DNA of 64,000 nucleotides, taken from an uncultured delta proteobacterium (GTDB lineage: Bacteria > Desulfobacterota > Desulfomonilia > UBA1062). A program made the position numbers and the translations under genes. This document shows, piece by piece, positions 1 through 10,168 of this stretch. The number at the start of each line of letters is the position of its first letter. The first letter of the stretch is position 1. The notes under the pieces are model-generated. The model did no database searches, was not told the origin of the DNA, and saw only the letters and a program-made list of their open reading frames with translations. The stretch lies in NCBI GenBank assembly GCA_963785235.1, contig CAWAUM010000001.1, forward strand, positions 320,001-384,000, read 5' to 3'.

Positions 1-81
1 AAGGGTTGAAGCCCCTGAGATCTCCCGGTCTTCACCCTGTAAGGCCCCCCCGAGAAGCTCTACAAGTCTGGACAGCAGCAT
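1..81 (-). CDS. lpxD: LpxD N-terminus (partial, runs off window)
   Basis: Manual translation MLLSRLVELLGGALQGEDREISGASTL; lies directly after skp in the conserved bamA-skp-lpxD order. Confidence 0.7.
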   Translation of the reverse strand, partial: MLLSRLVELLGGALQGEDREISGASTL

Positions 82-84
82 GGG

Positions 85-639
85 TTACTCTTTTTTCGCC
101 TTGTCCTTGCCCTTCTTTTCCTGGTTGTGCTTGTCGAATGCCGTTATAATCTGGCTCGTGATGTCGATCTTCGGGTTTGTATAGACAAGGGCAGGGTTCT
201 GTTTGTCAAGGACCATGTCAATGTTGTTCTTCTCGCTATAGGCCTTGATGATCACGTCAAGATCCTTGCTGAAGGGTTTTAAGAACTCCATCTCCTTACG
301 CCTGAGATCGTCCTGGGCGTCTTTTACGGAGCGGTTATAGTCCTTGAGCTCCTTGTCATATTTTGTCTCCAGATCTTCTCTGGCCGTGACTGTCATGGTG
401 GCTGATTTGGCCTGGAGCTGATCGGCCATGGTCTTGAGCTTGTTCTGTTTCTTCTCAAGATCAGATGCCTTCTGGTCTTTCAAGGTGTTCAGCTGCTTGT
501 ACGCATCCTTTCCCGCCAGTGATTCCATGAGGATCTTCTGCGAGTCGAGATAGACGATTTTCGTGTCCTGTGCGCTCAGAGTTCCTGATGTCGCACAGAT
601 AAGGCAGACTGCAAAAAAACTAACGATGATTCTTTTCAT
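85..639 (-). CDS. skp: Periplasmic chaperone Skp/OmpH
   Basis: Signal peptide, KIVYLDSQKIL strand, long coiled coil, C-terminal DITSQII; downstream of bamA. Confidence 0.92.
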   Translation of the reverse strand: MKRIIVSFFAVCLICATSGTLSAQDTKIVYLDSQKILMESLAGKDAYKQLNTLKDQKASDLEKKQNKLKTMADQLQAKSATMTVTAREDLETKYDKELKDYNRSVKDAQDDLRRKEMEFLKPFSKDLDVIIKAYSEKNNIDMVLDKQNPALVYTNPKIDITSQIITAFDKHNQEKKGKDKAKKE

Positions 640-672
640 ATGTGCTCCTCTCTCAGAATATGTTCTTTAATA

Positions 673-3108
673 CTAGAAGAAAGCCCCGACAGTGAAATCC
701 CAGCGCGATGGGGATTCATCAGGCTCAGGGTTGATGACCTTTGCGTACTCGATCCGTATCGGTCCCATGGGTGTCACCCACCTGATGCCCGCACCATACG
801 ACTTTTTCAGGTTTGTCAGGTCGATGCGATGCTCATAGCCATTCCCCTGGTCATGGAAGATAACTCCATAGAGCCCGGGAATCGGACCGAGAGGGAAGGT
901 GACCTCGATATTCATTACAACCATGCGTCTTCCCCCAAGCACATTGTCCAGGCTGTCTCTCGGCCCGATCTCGCCGTACTTGAAGCCTCGTATGCTGTTC
1001 AATCCGCCCAGCGTGAATCGCTCATACTCCGGGAGCTCATCGCCGTGGGCGGGGTTCACTGTACCCCATCTCCCCTTCAACATCAAGGCGAGTTTGTCGG
1101 TCCAGATGGGGAAGAACTTGGCCGCTGAAGCAGTGACCCTGGTGAAATGGAACGTACCTCCAAGCCCGGCATATTGAAGGGATACACCCATGTCGGAACC
1201 TTGTGTGGGGCGGAAGTAATCGTTGGTGGTATTCCGGTAAAGGCTGTTTGTAATGCTGCTTGTGATACCGCCCTCAATCTCTTCTTCGGTAAGGGAGGGC
1301 AGGTAGGATGCGTCGATATTCGTAAGCGGGGCGGTATCGTCAAGGGAGTATACGATACTGTGACGTATCTTCTCTATGACCGAGTAACTAAGCCGTATAT
1401 TTCCGCCCCTGCTCGACTTGGTGTAGTAAAGGTAGTCCTTTTCCGTATTATAAAGAAGGGCGCCAAGCGATACCGGATGGTCCAGGAGCCAGGGTTCCTC
1501 AACGTCCAAGGTATAGCTTTTCCTTTTCGGGCCGTATTCCAGGCCGGCCTTGCTCTTCAGCCCTTTGCCCAGAAGGTTTATCTCGCTCAACGCTATGGTC
1601 CCCATGGGGCCGTCTTCTGTGGAGTAGGCCATACCAAAGGAAAAGGAGCCTGTAGTGGTCTCTTCCACGTCCACGTTCAGCGACATGGTTTCTTCGTTTA
1701 TCGGTATAGGGTCAATGTCCGCGGATTTGAAATATCCCAGCCTGTTCAGGTTGTCTTTGCTGTCCTTGATGGCGGTTGAAGAGAACAGCTTCCCTTCTTC
1801 GAGCTCAAGCTCACGCCTGATGACCTTGTCCCTGGTCTTGTTGTTGCCCTTGATCCGGATCGTGTCAATGGTTACCGGCTTGCCCTGGGTAATGCGAAAG
1901 GTGAGACCGACTTTGGTTTCCGCCTCATCATTGGTTTCAGTTTTGATCTGGACATAGGCATACCCCTCGTCCATATACAGGTCACGCAGGCGTTCGATGT
2001 TCTCCTGGATCTTGCTCTTGCTCATGACATCACCTGGCTCGAGTTTGATCATGGCCAGGAGTTCTTCCTTGGGCAATATGAGATCACCTGATACATCGAT
2101 GGCGCCTATGGTGAAGACCGGCCCTTCAAAAATCGGTATGGTAATGTAGATGCCGTCATCTTCCCTGATGTCGATCTTCGGCCTGCCCACCCTGGTCTGC
2201 ATGTACCCGTTGTCTCCATAGAACTGTTCAATCCTTAAGAGGTCGGTATCAAGCACGCTGTCCTGATAGGTGCCCTCATGACTGAATATGCCCAGCGGCC
2301 ATCGTGTCGAGGTCTCCATTATGCCCTTGATCTGGCGGGAAGAGAGGTTTTCGTTGCCGTCGAAAGAGATCTTCTCAATGTAGAGCTGCTTGTTCTCCGT
2401 GACGTTAAAGGTGAGGTTGATCCCACCTTCGGTGGTGATTGTCTCGGATTTGACATCGACCTGATAATAGCCCCTTTCGCGATAAAGCCCCTTTATACGG
2501 TCGATGCTGGTTTTCAGCAGCCTGGTGTTCAAGATGTCGAACTTCTTCAGGCCGATGCCGTCAAGGATATCCTTCTCTTTGATCTCCGAGTTGCCCTTGG
2601 TCTCAATCTTGATGATGATGGGATATTCCTTTACCATAAAGACCACTGCGTTGTCCTCAAGGGTGGCATCACACTTCTCAAAATATCCCATGGAGTAGAT
2701 CTCTTCGATATCTTTTTTAATGGCGTTCTTATGGAGGATATCGCCCTTGGCGGTTTTTATACGGAAGCGGATGGCGTCAGTGCTTATGCGGGAATAGCCT
2801 TTGATGGTTACATCCTTGATGGTACAAACGCCCTTGAGCCTGAGGTAGCCGTCTGTGGCCTCGGTTATGCTCGCAGCGCTATATCCTGTCCCTGAGGGGT
2901 CTGTGACACGGTATACCCCCTCTTTGGATTCAAGGTACAGTTCTGTAGCAGACGGAGTGTCGGACAAGGTAATACAGGGGACGTCTAAAAGATAATCAGA
3001 TACGGCCTTGACAGCTGTCTTTACCATAAACTGCTCGGCAAAGGCTGCAGAAGGAAGGATCGTGAAGAGTATAAAGATAATCAGGCCGCTACTGCGCAGT
3101 TGGTTCAA
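673..3108 (-). CDS. bamA: Outer membrane protein assembly factor BamA
   Basis: POTRA repeats ([13 protein letters not shown]), IRGF loop motif, [18 protein letters not shown]-terminal Phe. Confidence 0.97.
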   Translation of the reverse strand: MNQLRSSGLIIFILFTILPSAAFAEQFMVKTAVKAVSDYLLDVPCITLSDTPSATELYLESKEGVYRVTDPSGTGYSAASITEATDGYLRLKGVCTIKDVTIKGYSRISTDAIRFRIKTAKGDILHKNAIKKDIEEIYSMGYFEKCDATLEDNAVVFMVKEYPIIIKIETKGNSEIKEKDILDGIGLKKFDILNTRLLKTSIDRIKGLYRERGYYQVDVKSETITTEGGINLTFNVTENKQLYIEKISFDGNENLSSRQIKGIMETSTRWPLGIFSHEGTYQDSVLDTDLLRIEQFYGDNGYMQTRVGRPKIDIREDDGIYITIPIFEGPVFTIGAIDVSGDLILPKEELLAMIKLEPGDVMSKSKIQENIERLRDLYMDEGYAYVQIKTETNDEAETKVGLTFRITQGKPVTIDTIRIKGNNKTRDKVIRRELELEEGKLFSSTAIKDSKDNLNRLGYFKSADIDPIPINEETMSLNVDVEETTTGSFSFGMAYSTEDGPMGTIALSEINLLGKGLKSKAGLEYGPKRKSYTLDVEEPWLLDHPVSLGALLYNTEKDYLYYTKSSRGGNIRLSYSVIEKIRHSIVYSLDDTAPLTNIDASYLPSLTEEEIEGGITSSITNSLYRNTTNDYFRPTQGSDMGVSLQYAGLGGTFHFTRVTASAAKFFPIWTDKLALMLKGRWGTVNPAHGDELPEYERFTLGGLNSIRGFKYGEIGPRDSLDNVLGGRRMVVMNIEVTFPLGPIPGLYGVIFHDQGNGYEHRIDLTNLKKSYGAGIRWVTPMGPIRIEYAKVINPEPDESPSRWDFTVGAFF

Positions 3109-3778
3109 GATGTCCCCCTTTCAGTACAAGCACCTTGTCCATGGTGCGGGCAAGCTCCATATTGTGTGTGGCAATAATTAACGTCACACAAAGCGTAGTC
3201 CGAAGCCTGGTGAAGAGCTCAATGACCTTGTGGCCTGTTTCGCTGTCAAGGTCCCCGGTGGGCTCATCCGCCAGGATGATTCCGGGCGACATCATAAGGG
3301 CCCGCGCAATGGCGACCCGCTGTTGTTCCCCGCCCGAGAGCTCGCCGGGCTTATGGGTACTCCTGCCTTTGAGCCCTACCAGGTCCAGCAGCTCTTCAGC
3401 GCGCGCTGTGATGGGGCCGGACATATTCGAGGAGAGGAGCGCAGGGACCATCACATTCTCCAGGGCCGTGAACTCAGGGAGCAGATAGTGGAACTGAAAT
3501 ACAAACCCGATTTTCGTGTTCCTGAACCGGGCGATCTCGCGGTCCTTCATGGCGGAGATGTCGCTGGCACCGTAGATGATATTGCCTGAATCCGGTTTTT
3601 CCAATCCCCCGAGCAGGTGAAGCAACGTGCTCTTGCCTGATCCGGACGCCCCTACAATGGCAATGCCTTCAGACTTGTAGACATCAAGGTCAATGCCCTT
3701 GAGCACCTCAATGACCTCAGGCCCTTTACGGAATGACTTGTGGAGGCCTTCTATGGTGAGCACCAGCTCATCCTTCAT
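3089..3778 (-). CDS. lolD: Lipoprotein-releasing ABC ATPase LolD
   Basis: [36 protein letters not shown]. Confidence 0.93.
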   Translation of the reverse strand: MKDELVLTIEGLHKSFRKGPEVIEVLKGIDLDVYKSEGIAIVGASGSGKSTLLHLLGGLEKPDSGNIIYGASDISAMKDREIARFRNTKIGFVFQFHYLLPEFTALENVMVPALLSSNMSGPITARAEELLDLVGLKGRSTHKPGELSGGEQQRVAIARALMMSPGIILADEPTGDLDSETGHKVIELFTRLRTTLCVTLIIATHNMELARTMDKVLVLKGGHLEPTAQ

Positions 3779-5000
3779 ATCGGATTACCTCTACAGGGTC
3801 TTGCTTTGCAGCCTGTCTGGCAGGGTATATGGTTGCCAAGAAGGACAATAGGATAGAGGCCACCACGATCAATGTCACCTCTATGGCATCCACCTTTGTC
3901 GGCAGCCCGGTGATATAATACACATCCTTGGGCATGACCTGGATACCAAAGACGAACTCAACAGCAGCAACAACGGTATTCAGGTTGTTGGTGAGCAAAA
4001 GACCCAGCGCGAGCCCCCCAATGGTACCGGCAATGCCGATGGCCATTCCTACGGTAATGAAGATCTTCAGGATCTGCTCTGTTGTGGCCCCCATGGACTT
4101 TAAGATCGCGATCTCCTTGCGTTTCTCCATGACCATCATGATGAGTGTGCTTATGATGCTGAACGCGGCCACCAGGATGATGAACAGCAGGATGATGAAC
4201 ATGATGGTCTTTTCAAGCCGTAAGGCAGCGAAGAGGCTCTTGTTCATATCCTTCCAGGTCTTGGCCCAGAAACCTTCCTTCAGGTGTGAAAGGATAGACT
4301 TGGAGATGGCATCGGCCCGGTAGATATCATCCACCTTGACCTCAACTCCTGAGGCCATATCCAGCATGAACAGCTTTTTTGCCGCTTCAAGCGATATGTA
4401 GATCATGTTGCTGTCAAATTCGTACATGCCGGTGGAGAAGATGCCCCGGACAATAAAGGTCATGGACTTGGGTATCATGCCCAGCGGGGTAATGGTGCCG
4501 GTAGGTGATATCAGCGTCACGGCATCCCCCAGGCTGACACCCGAGGCGGCAGCCAGCTCGGAGCCGACCAGCACACCGGTGTTCCCCATGTTGCTGGTGC
4601 CCTGCGAGATGATCTCCTTTAAGCGGATAACCTTGGAGGCACTTTCAGGGACTATTCCCCTGATTACCGCCCCTGATATGCCTCCGGGGGCTGAAACCAG
4701 GCCCTGGGAGAGGATAAACGGCGTGGCGGCCACCACACCCTTTTCCTTGGCGACTACATCCATTACGGCCTTCGTGTCGCTGATGCCGCCCTTATAATGG
4801 GAGATGACGATGTGCGACTGGGTGCCCAGGAGCTTGGTCGTGATGTCGTCTTCAAAGCCGTTCATCACGGAGAGCACGACGATCAGCGCCATAACGCCTA
4901 TGGCTATGCCCATCACCGACAACCCGGAGGTAAAGCTTATGAAGCCCTGGCTCTTCTTGGCCCGCAGGTATTTTTTGGCAACAAGGAACTCGAATCTCAG
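3768..5000 (-). CDS. lolE: Lipoprotein-releasing ABC permease LolC/E; probable CTG start at 5000
   Basis: Reading frame extends past the ORF call to LRFEFLVAKKYLRAKK..GFIS; VLSVMNGF, EKRKEIAILKSMGA and YPARQAA motifs. Confidence 0.9.
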   Translation of the reverse strand: MRFEFLVAKKYLRAKKSQGFISFTSGLSVMGIAIGVMALIVVLSVMNGFEDDITTKLLGTQSHIVISHYKGGISDTKAVMDVVAKEKGVVAATPFILSQGLVSAPGGISGAVIRGIVPESASKVIRLKEIISQGTSNMGNTGVLVGSELAAASGVSLGDAVTLISPTGTITPLGMIPKSMTFIVRGIFSTGMYEFDSNMIYISLEAAKKLFMLDMASGVEVKVDDIYRADAISKSILSHLKEGFWAKTWKDMNKSLFAALRLEKTIMFIILLFIILVAAFSIISTLIMMVMEKRKEIAILKSMGATTEQILKIFITVGMAIGIAGTIGGLALGLLLTNNLNTVVAAVEFVFGIQVMPKDVYYITGLPTKVDAIEVTLIVVASILLSFLATIYPARQAAKQDPVEVIRYEG

Positions 5001-6478
5001 GATGTCTCTCCTTTGCGAAGCAGCGGGAACAGGATGACATCCCTGATGGAGGGGCTGTCGGTCAGCAGCATGACGAGCCGGTCGATGCCGATGCCTTCGC
5101 CGGCCGCCGGAGGCATACCATACTCAAGCGCCCTGATGTAGTCCTCATCCACCTCCGAGGAACCTTCTGCCTTATTGCGTACCTGTTCGACAAACCGTTC
5201 CTTCTGATCAAAGGGGTCATTCAGCTCGGAAAAGGCGTTCGCGATCTCGCGTCCGGTGATAAAGAGCTCGAAGCGGTCTACAATGCCTGGGTCGTCATTG
5301 TTTCTCCTGGAAAGCGGAGAGACCTCCGTGGGGTAGGAGGTGATAAAAGTGGGCTCCATGAGTTTTTCTTCAGCCGTCGTCTCGAAGATGATGAGCTGGA
5401 GATCGCCCAGGGATTCGTTTCCGGCCAGTTCCATGCCAGCATTCTTGCAGAAGGCCCTGGCCCTGTCCAGATCCTCCATGACCCCGGCTTCGACGCCTCC
5501 AACTTCATAGGCTGCTTCCTTGAGGGTATAACGCTTCCATGGCGGTGTCAGATCAATGGTGGCGCCCTGGTAGGGAACGATTGTTGTTCCAAGCACTTCT
5601 TTTGCCACCGTCGAGATCATGTCCTCGGTAAAGGCCATGAGATCGGTGTAGTCCGCATAGGCCATGTAGAATTCCATCATGGTGAATTCAGGGTTATGCC
5701 TGGTTGATATGCCCTCGTTGCGGAAATTCCGGTTGACCTCGTAAACCCTCTCGAAACCGCCGACTAAAAGCCTTTTGAGGTACAGTTCGGGCGCGATCCT
5801 CAAATAGAGGTCCATGTCCAGTGCATTATGGTGCGTGAGAAAGGGTTTTGCAGTTGCGCCGCCCGGGATGCTCTGCATCATGGGGGTCTCAACCTCGATG
5901 AACGAGTGGGAGTCCATATATCTTCTCAGTGCAGTGATGATCCTTGTCCGTTTCAGGAAGGTCTCCTTCACCGTCTCAGAGACAAAGAGATCAACGTAGC
6001 GCTGACGGTATCTGGTTTCTACATCCTTGAGCCCGTGCCATTTCTCCGGCATGGGCCTGAACGACTTGGTAAGCAGCTCGAACCCCGACACATAGACGGA
6101 GAGCTCGCCGGTCCTGGTTTTGACAGGTGTGCCCCACAAACCGATGATGTCGCCGATGTCGAGCTTTTTAAAGAGCTCGTAGGCATCTTTGCCGAGTTTT
6201 GCCTCCTCGAAGAAGGCCTGGAGCCTGCCGGTGTGGTCTAGAAAATGGATGAAGGATGCCTTGCCGAACTTGCGGGCCGCCATGATCCTGCCGGCAAGGT
6301 GGTGGATGGTTTTTATCTCATGAAGCTCCTCGGTGGAGCGTTCCTGGTATAGGGAGATAAAGGCGGATATATCCGTGTCCTTCCTGTAGGTGTTGGGGAA
6401 ATGCTTGACCCCGGATTCCTGTTTCAATTGCTCATACTTCTCTATCCGCTGGCGGATGAGGGGATTCAGATCTTCCAC
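4997..6478 (-). CDS. lysS: Lysine--tRNA ligase (class II)
   Basis: RYRQRYVDL, YLRIAPELYLKRL, FRNEGIS, GMPPAAGEGIGIDRL; GTG start at 6478 follows a GGAGA RBS. Confidence 0.97.
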   Translation of the reverse strand: MEDLNPLIRQRIEKYEQLKQESGVKHFPNTYRKDTDISAFISLYQERSTEELHEIKTIHHLAGRIMAARKFGKASFIHFLDHTGRLQAFFEEAKLGKDAYELFKKLDIGDIIGLWGTPVKTRTGELSVYVSGFELLTKSFRPMPEKWHGLKDVETRYRQRYVDLFVSETVKETFLKRTRIITALRRYMDSHSFIEVETPMMQSIPGGATAKPFLTHHNALDMDLYLRIAPELYLKRLLVGGFERVYEVNRNFRNEGISTRHNPEFTMMEFYMAYADYTDLMAFTEDMISTVAKEVLGTTIVPYQGATIDLTPPWKRYTLKEAAYEVGGVEAGVMEDLDRARAFCKNAGMELAGNESLGDLQLIIFETTAEEKLMEPTFITSYPTEVSPLSRRNNDDPGIVDRFELFITGREIANAFSELNDPFDQKERFVEQVRNKAEGSSEVDEDYIRALEYGMPPAAGEGIGIDRLVMLLTDSPSIRDVILFPLLRKGETS

Positions 6479-6629
6479 GTTCACATCTCCATATGCTTCA
6501 AATTGAGCGCATATATAGTTAATTTCCCGCACCGAGTCAATAAAACACCAATAAGCCCTGAAGAAGCAGCAGTTGAATCCCCTGGCGCGGCATATGCTCT
6601 TCCGGTAAGATCATATCACAGGTATAAGT

Positions 6630-7202
6630 ATGGGACTTTCATCATTGGAAAAAGGGGTGCTCATGGATCTGGCCCGAAGAGCGGCAACAGCCTTCACCCA
6701 AAAGGGTCTTGGTGTTGAACCTGCCGTTGATGAAAGCGGACTGCCGGACGCCCTCTTGGAAAAAAAGGGTCTCTTTGTGTCCGTCTATAAGCAAGGCGAG
6801 CTCAGGGGCTGCATGGGAACCATTCTCCCCGTGATGCCCATATGGCAGGCATGTATGGAAAACGCCCGTAGCGCCGCATACAAGGACCCCCGGTTTGTTC
6901 CCCTGGCCAATCATGAGCTGGATCATATCAGCTTCGAGATAACCATAGTAGACACCCCAAGACCATTCTCAGACGTCTCCCAGCTTAATAAAGGCATCCA
7001 TGGCCTCATTCTCACAAAGGGTTTCCGCAAGGAGGTATTTCTGCCGGGCTCCCTCAAAGATCTGCCTCAAAATACTGAAGAAATTTTCGCGAGGCTGCGG
7101 GACAAGGCGGACATGAATGATGATGATCATAACGCACCCGAGCAGTGGGAGTTCTTCCATGCGGAGGTGATATCAGAGAGAACAACGGATGATGGGTGCT
7201 AA
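6630..7202 (+). CDS. Stand-alone AMMECR1-domain protein (AmmeMemoRadiSam protein A-like)
   Basis: GLFVS..GELRGCMG, AAYKDPRF, HGLIL..FLP. Confidence 0.85.
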   Translation: MGLSSLEKGVLMDLARRAATAFTQKGLGVEPAVDESGLPDALLEKKGLFVSVYKQGELRGCMGTILPVMPIWQACMENARSAAYKDPRFVPLANHELDHISFEITIVDTPRPFSDVSQLNKGIHGLILTKGFRKEVFLPGSLKDLPQNTEEIFARLRDKADMNDDDHNAPEQWEFFHAEVISERTTDDGC

Positions 7203-7400
7203 GGAACCAGGTGTTCGATCATGAGATGGTTACTGGGTTTGCTGGGGATAACAGGTTTGCTCTAACCTTACAGATGGTGAGCCTTGAGATAGATTACATC
7301 TTGCCCTGGATCTACAGGTCGTTCCTCGGACAATTTTACAAGTGAAGCAAAATTGTAGTATAGTTAGGCGGCAGCACTAAATCAGATATAGGATACAAAC

Positions 7401-8234
7401 ATGACCGGTCTCTCTGTCGTTATTCCCGCTCACAATGAAGAAGCAACCATTGAAAGTGTCGTTGAAGAAATCGTCCCAGTAGTACAACAACTTTGCAAAG
7501 ACTACGAAATTATCTTGGTCAACGACGGCAGCACTGACCGAACAGGTGAGATTGGCCGATCCCTGGCTCAACGCATTCCAAACGTTCAACTCGTCGAGCA
7601 TTTTCCTAACCGTCACTATGGCGGAGCACTCAAAGCTGGATTCACCAAGGCTACGAAAGAACTCATTGCATTTTTTCCAGCCGATAAGCAATTTGTCTTT
7701 AGTGAGATTGACCGACTATTGGCTGAACTACCTTCAGCAGATATTATTTCAGGCTATCGTGCCCATCGCCAAGACAACTTGATCCGCCGATTCAATGGCT
7801 TTGGCTGGAACACCGTTGTACGGATGCTGTTTGGTTATCTCTGCCGAGACATTGATTGCGGATTCAAACTGTTCCGGCGCGAGATTCTGGAACATGTCAA
7901 GCTCGTGAGTGATGGCGCTCCCTTTGATACAGAACTCTTGGCAGGAGCAAAGGCGCGCGGCTACCGCATTGCCGAGGTAAAGGTAACCCATTTGCCTCGC
8001 TCGGCTGGTAAAGCCACGGGGGCTGATTTTATGGTGATTGCCAAGGCTTTTTGTGACTTGCCTCGCTTTAGGTTGCGCTTGAATCGAGAGTTGCGGGAAG
8101 AAAAGCAAGCACGTGCAAGGGAGGAGGCAAATAGAGTTAGCGTCATCAAGGTAAAGGTTTCGTGCATTCGAGAGAAAAAGGGTACGGATATACCTTATAA
8201 AAGCGCTAGAAAAAGGCTTCATACAGACCTCTAG
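7401..8234 (+). CDS. GT2 family glycosyltransferase (polyprenol-phosphate glycosyltransferase-like)
   Basis: SVVIPAHNEE, VNDGSTDRT, ADKQF, DIDCGFKLFRRE. Confidence 0.9.
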   Translation: MTGLSVVIPAHNEEATIESVVEEIVPVVQQLCKDYEIILVNDGSTDRTGEIGRSLAQRIPNVQLVEHFPNRHYGGALKAGFTKATKELIAFFPADKQFVFSEIDRLLAELPSADIISGYRAHRQDNLIRRFNGFGWNTVVRMLFGYLCRDIDCGFKLFRREILEHVKLVSDGAPFDTELLAGAKARGYRIAEVKVTHLPRSAGKATGADFMVIAKAFCDLPRFRLRLNRELREEKQARAREEANRVSVIKVKVSCIREKKGTDIPYKSARKRLHTDL

Positions 8235-8477
8235 ACCGTATGTTTGTGCTAAGTTAAACATACAATTGAATATGTCGGCCGGTGATCCGATGAATTATAG
8301 TATAAGAAATTTTTCGATTAATCGCTGATCCCCAAACACAGAGTATGAACCATTGATTTCTATGATACTCGTGAAAATAGTAATGTTATTCCATTACAGA
8401 GGAAGAATAGTCCTCATGTTATCAGAATGTTCCAGGGCATCCTTATTTAACCAATTGAAAAATCATTGATTGACGAA

Positions 8478-8493
8478 TGGCATTGTTATTGCT
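8478..8493 (+). promoter_or_regulatory. Putative sigma54 -24/-12 promoter
   Basis: TGGCATTGTTATTGCT (GG-N10-GC), about 120 bp upstream of the 8614 CDS. Confidence 0.6.
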
Positions 8494-8613
8494 TTAAATA
8501 TTAATAGGTTGCTCCATTATGATGTGCATCTGTCCAGATGGGGAAACCAAAAGCATCCACGATTCATTACAACCCCGATTATTGAATTTATTTTGTGAAA
8601 GAGGGACTCATAT

Positions 8614-9237
8614 ATGTTCACAGTTAGGTTCATGGTCATCTTTCGGATAAGCATTATTCTAACTATTGTTGCTCTCTTTGCTGGTTGTGGCGGAGGAGGT
8701 GGGGGTGGTAATGCATCAGCAGAATCTGTTCCCACATTTAATGTAACTGGTAAGGTAGTAAGTGATGATATTAAACAACGTATTTCTGTAACAGTATCTG
8801 GCCTGAACTCAGAAACCACAACAACAGATAGCGCCAGTGGAAAATATAGCTTTACCGGCCTTGTCAAGGGGACGTACACTATTACTCCATCCATGGCTTG
8901 GTATAGATTCACTCCACCTTGTCAAGCGGTTACGATAAACAGCGCAGATGTCAGTGAAATAAACTTCACTTTCACTGGAGCCAATGGTTATATTCATAAC
9001 ATCTCAGGATTCATAACAGTGGGCGGTGTGGTTAAGCAAGGTGTTATTGTAACATTATCTGGCCCTAACTCAGCTACTGCGGCAACAGACGGCAGCGGGT
9101 ATTATAGTTTTCCGGGCCTGGCGAATGGGAAATATACTCTTACACCATCCATTACTGAATATACATTCACACCAACTAGTCAAACGGTAACGATCAATGG
9201 AGGAGATGCCAGCGCAATCAACTTTGCAGCTCCATAA
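8614..9237 (+). CDS. Lipoprotein with two tandem carboxypeptidase-regulatory-like (Cna-B-type) beta domains
   Basis: Lipobox FAGC plus poly-Gly linker; repeated TTD..G.YSF.GL..G.YT.TPS...Y.FTP..Q.VTIN unit. Confidence 0.8.
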   Translation: MFTVRFMVIFRISIILTIVALFAGCGGGGGGGNASAESVPTFNVTGKVVSDDIKQRISVTVSGLNSETTTTDSASGKYSFTGLVKGTYTITPSMAWYRFTPPCQAVTINSADVSEINFTFTGANGYIHNISGFITVGGVVKQGVIVTLSGPNSATAATDGSGYYSFPGLANGKYTLTPSITEYTFTPTSQTVTINGGDASAINFAAP

Positions 9238-9325
9238 ACTGAATATAACCGCGATCATTTTTTTCATAGGACTATATAAAACCATCGGTCTCATGATAGA
9301 ACCTATGCCAGGTATAACCTACTTG

Positions 9326-10069
9326 TCATTGAATATCATCCAGGCTGTCAACAACCACATCCATATGTTCTTGAAGTTCTTCTTTAGGTACGATACCGGG
9401 CAGGCCGACAGTGAGCATGACGCCGGAGTTCTTCCCAAGCATTGCATCCATAACGGTATCGCCGATGAGAACTGCCGAGCGCGGATCAACCTGGAAGTGC
9501 TCGCAGATCTTTGTGACCATATCCGGGGCAGGCTTGGAGTTCTCGACACTATCGGCCCCCACTACGATGTCGATGTAGTAAGCGGCGCCTATTGCTATCA
9601 TGTCTGAGCTTGCATCAGCAGCCTTGTCGTTGGTGGCTATGGCGGTATGGATACCTTTGTCTTTCAGCCGGGACAAGAGAGAGATGGTTCCCTTTACAGG
9701 TCTTATACTTCTGTTTCTCGTATCAGATCGGAAGACCTCATCCCCGACCTTTCGCACAATGTCCTGGGCATTATTCCAGCTGATGCCTTCCCGGTAGAGG
9801 CAGTAGGCAAGCAGGGCGTCGCACTCGGTAAAGGTGCCCATGGCAAGGGGCCCTGAGCCGTCTATGGTGCCGTTATCTACAGAAATGCCCAGGGCTTCCT
9901 GGACCCTTAACCACAAGTTTTCATTCATTGGGACATGCTCCCCAAAAGTCTTTAAAAGATTGGCAATGATCTCTAACCATGTAAGCCTGAAGTCGATTAA
10001 GGTTCCATCCTTATCAAAGATGACAAGCCCTGTTGTATATTCTTTTCCCGCTATCCGAATGGTTGGCAC
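9326..10069 (-). CDS. HAD-superfamily hydrolase
   Basis: FDKDGTL, ATND, KPAPDM and IGDTVMD motifs. Confidence 0.9.
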   Translation of the reverse strand: MPTIRIAGKEYTTGLVIFDKDGTLIDFRLTWLEIIANLLKTFGEHVPMNENLWLRVQEALGISVDNGTIDGSGPLAMGTFTECDALLAYCLYREGISWNNAQDIVRKVGDEVFRSDTRNRSIRPVKGTISLLSRLKDKGIHTAIATNDKAADASSDMIAIGAAYYIDIVVGADSVENSKPAPDMVTKICEHFQVDPRSAVLIGDTVMDAMLGKNSGVMLTVGLPGIVPKEELQEHMDVVVDSLDDIQ

Positions 10070-10168
10070 CTGGATCCTCCTGAAGGTTATGCATAAAAGA
10101 ACTTTTGGGATTGATTGGTTACCATATTTCCGTGATATATACTACCGGCTTTGAAGGAAGGATAGATC

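Noticed and set aside
8515-8565. Small hairpins in the lipoprotein leader as a riboswitch
   Set aside because: The stems are too short and no c-di-GMP or other aptamer consensus was recognised.
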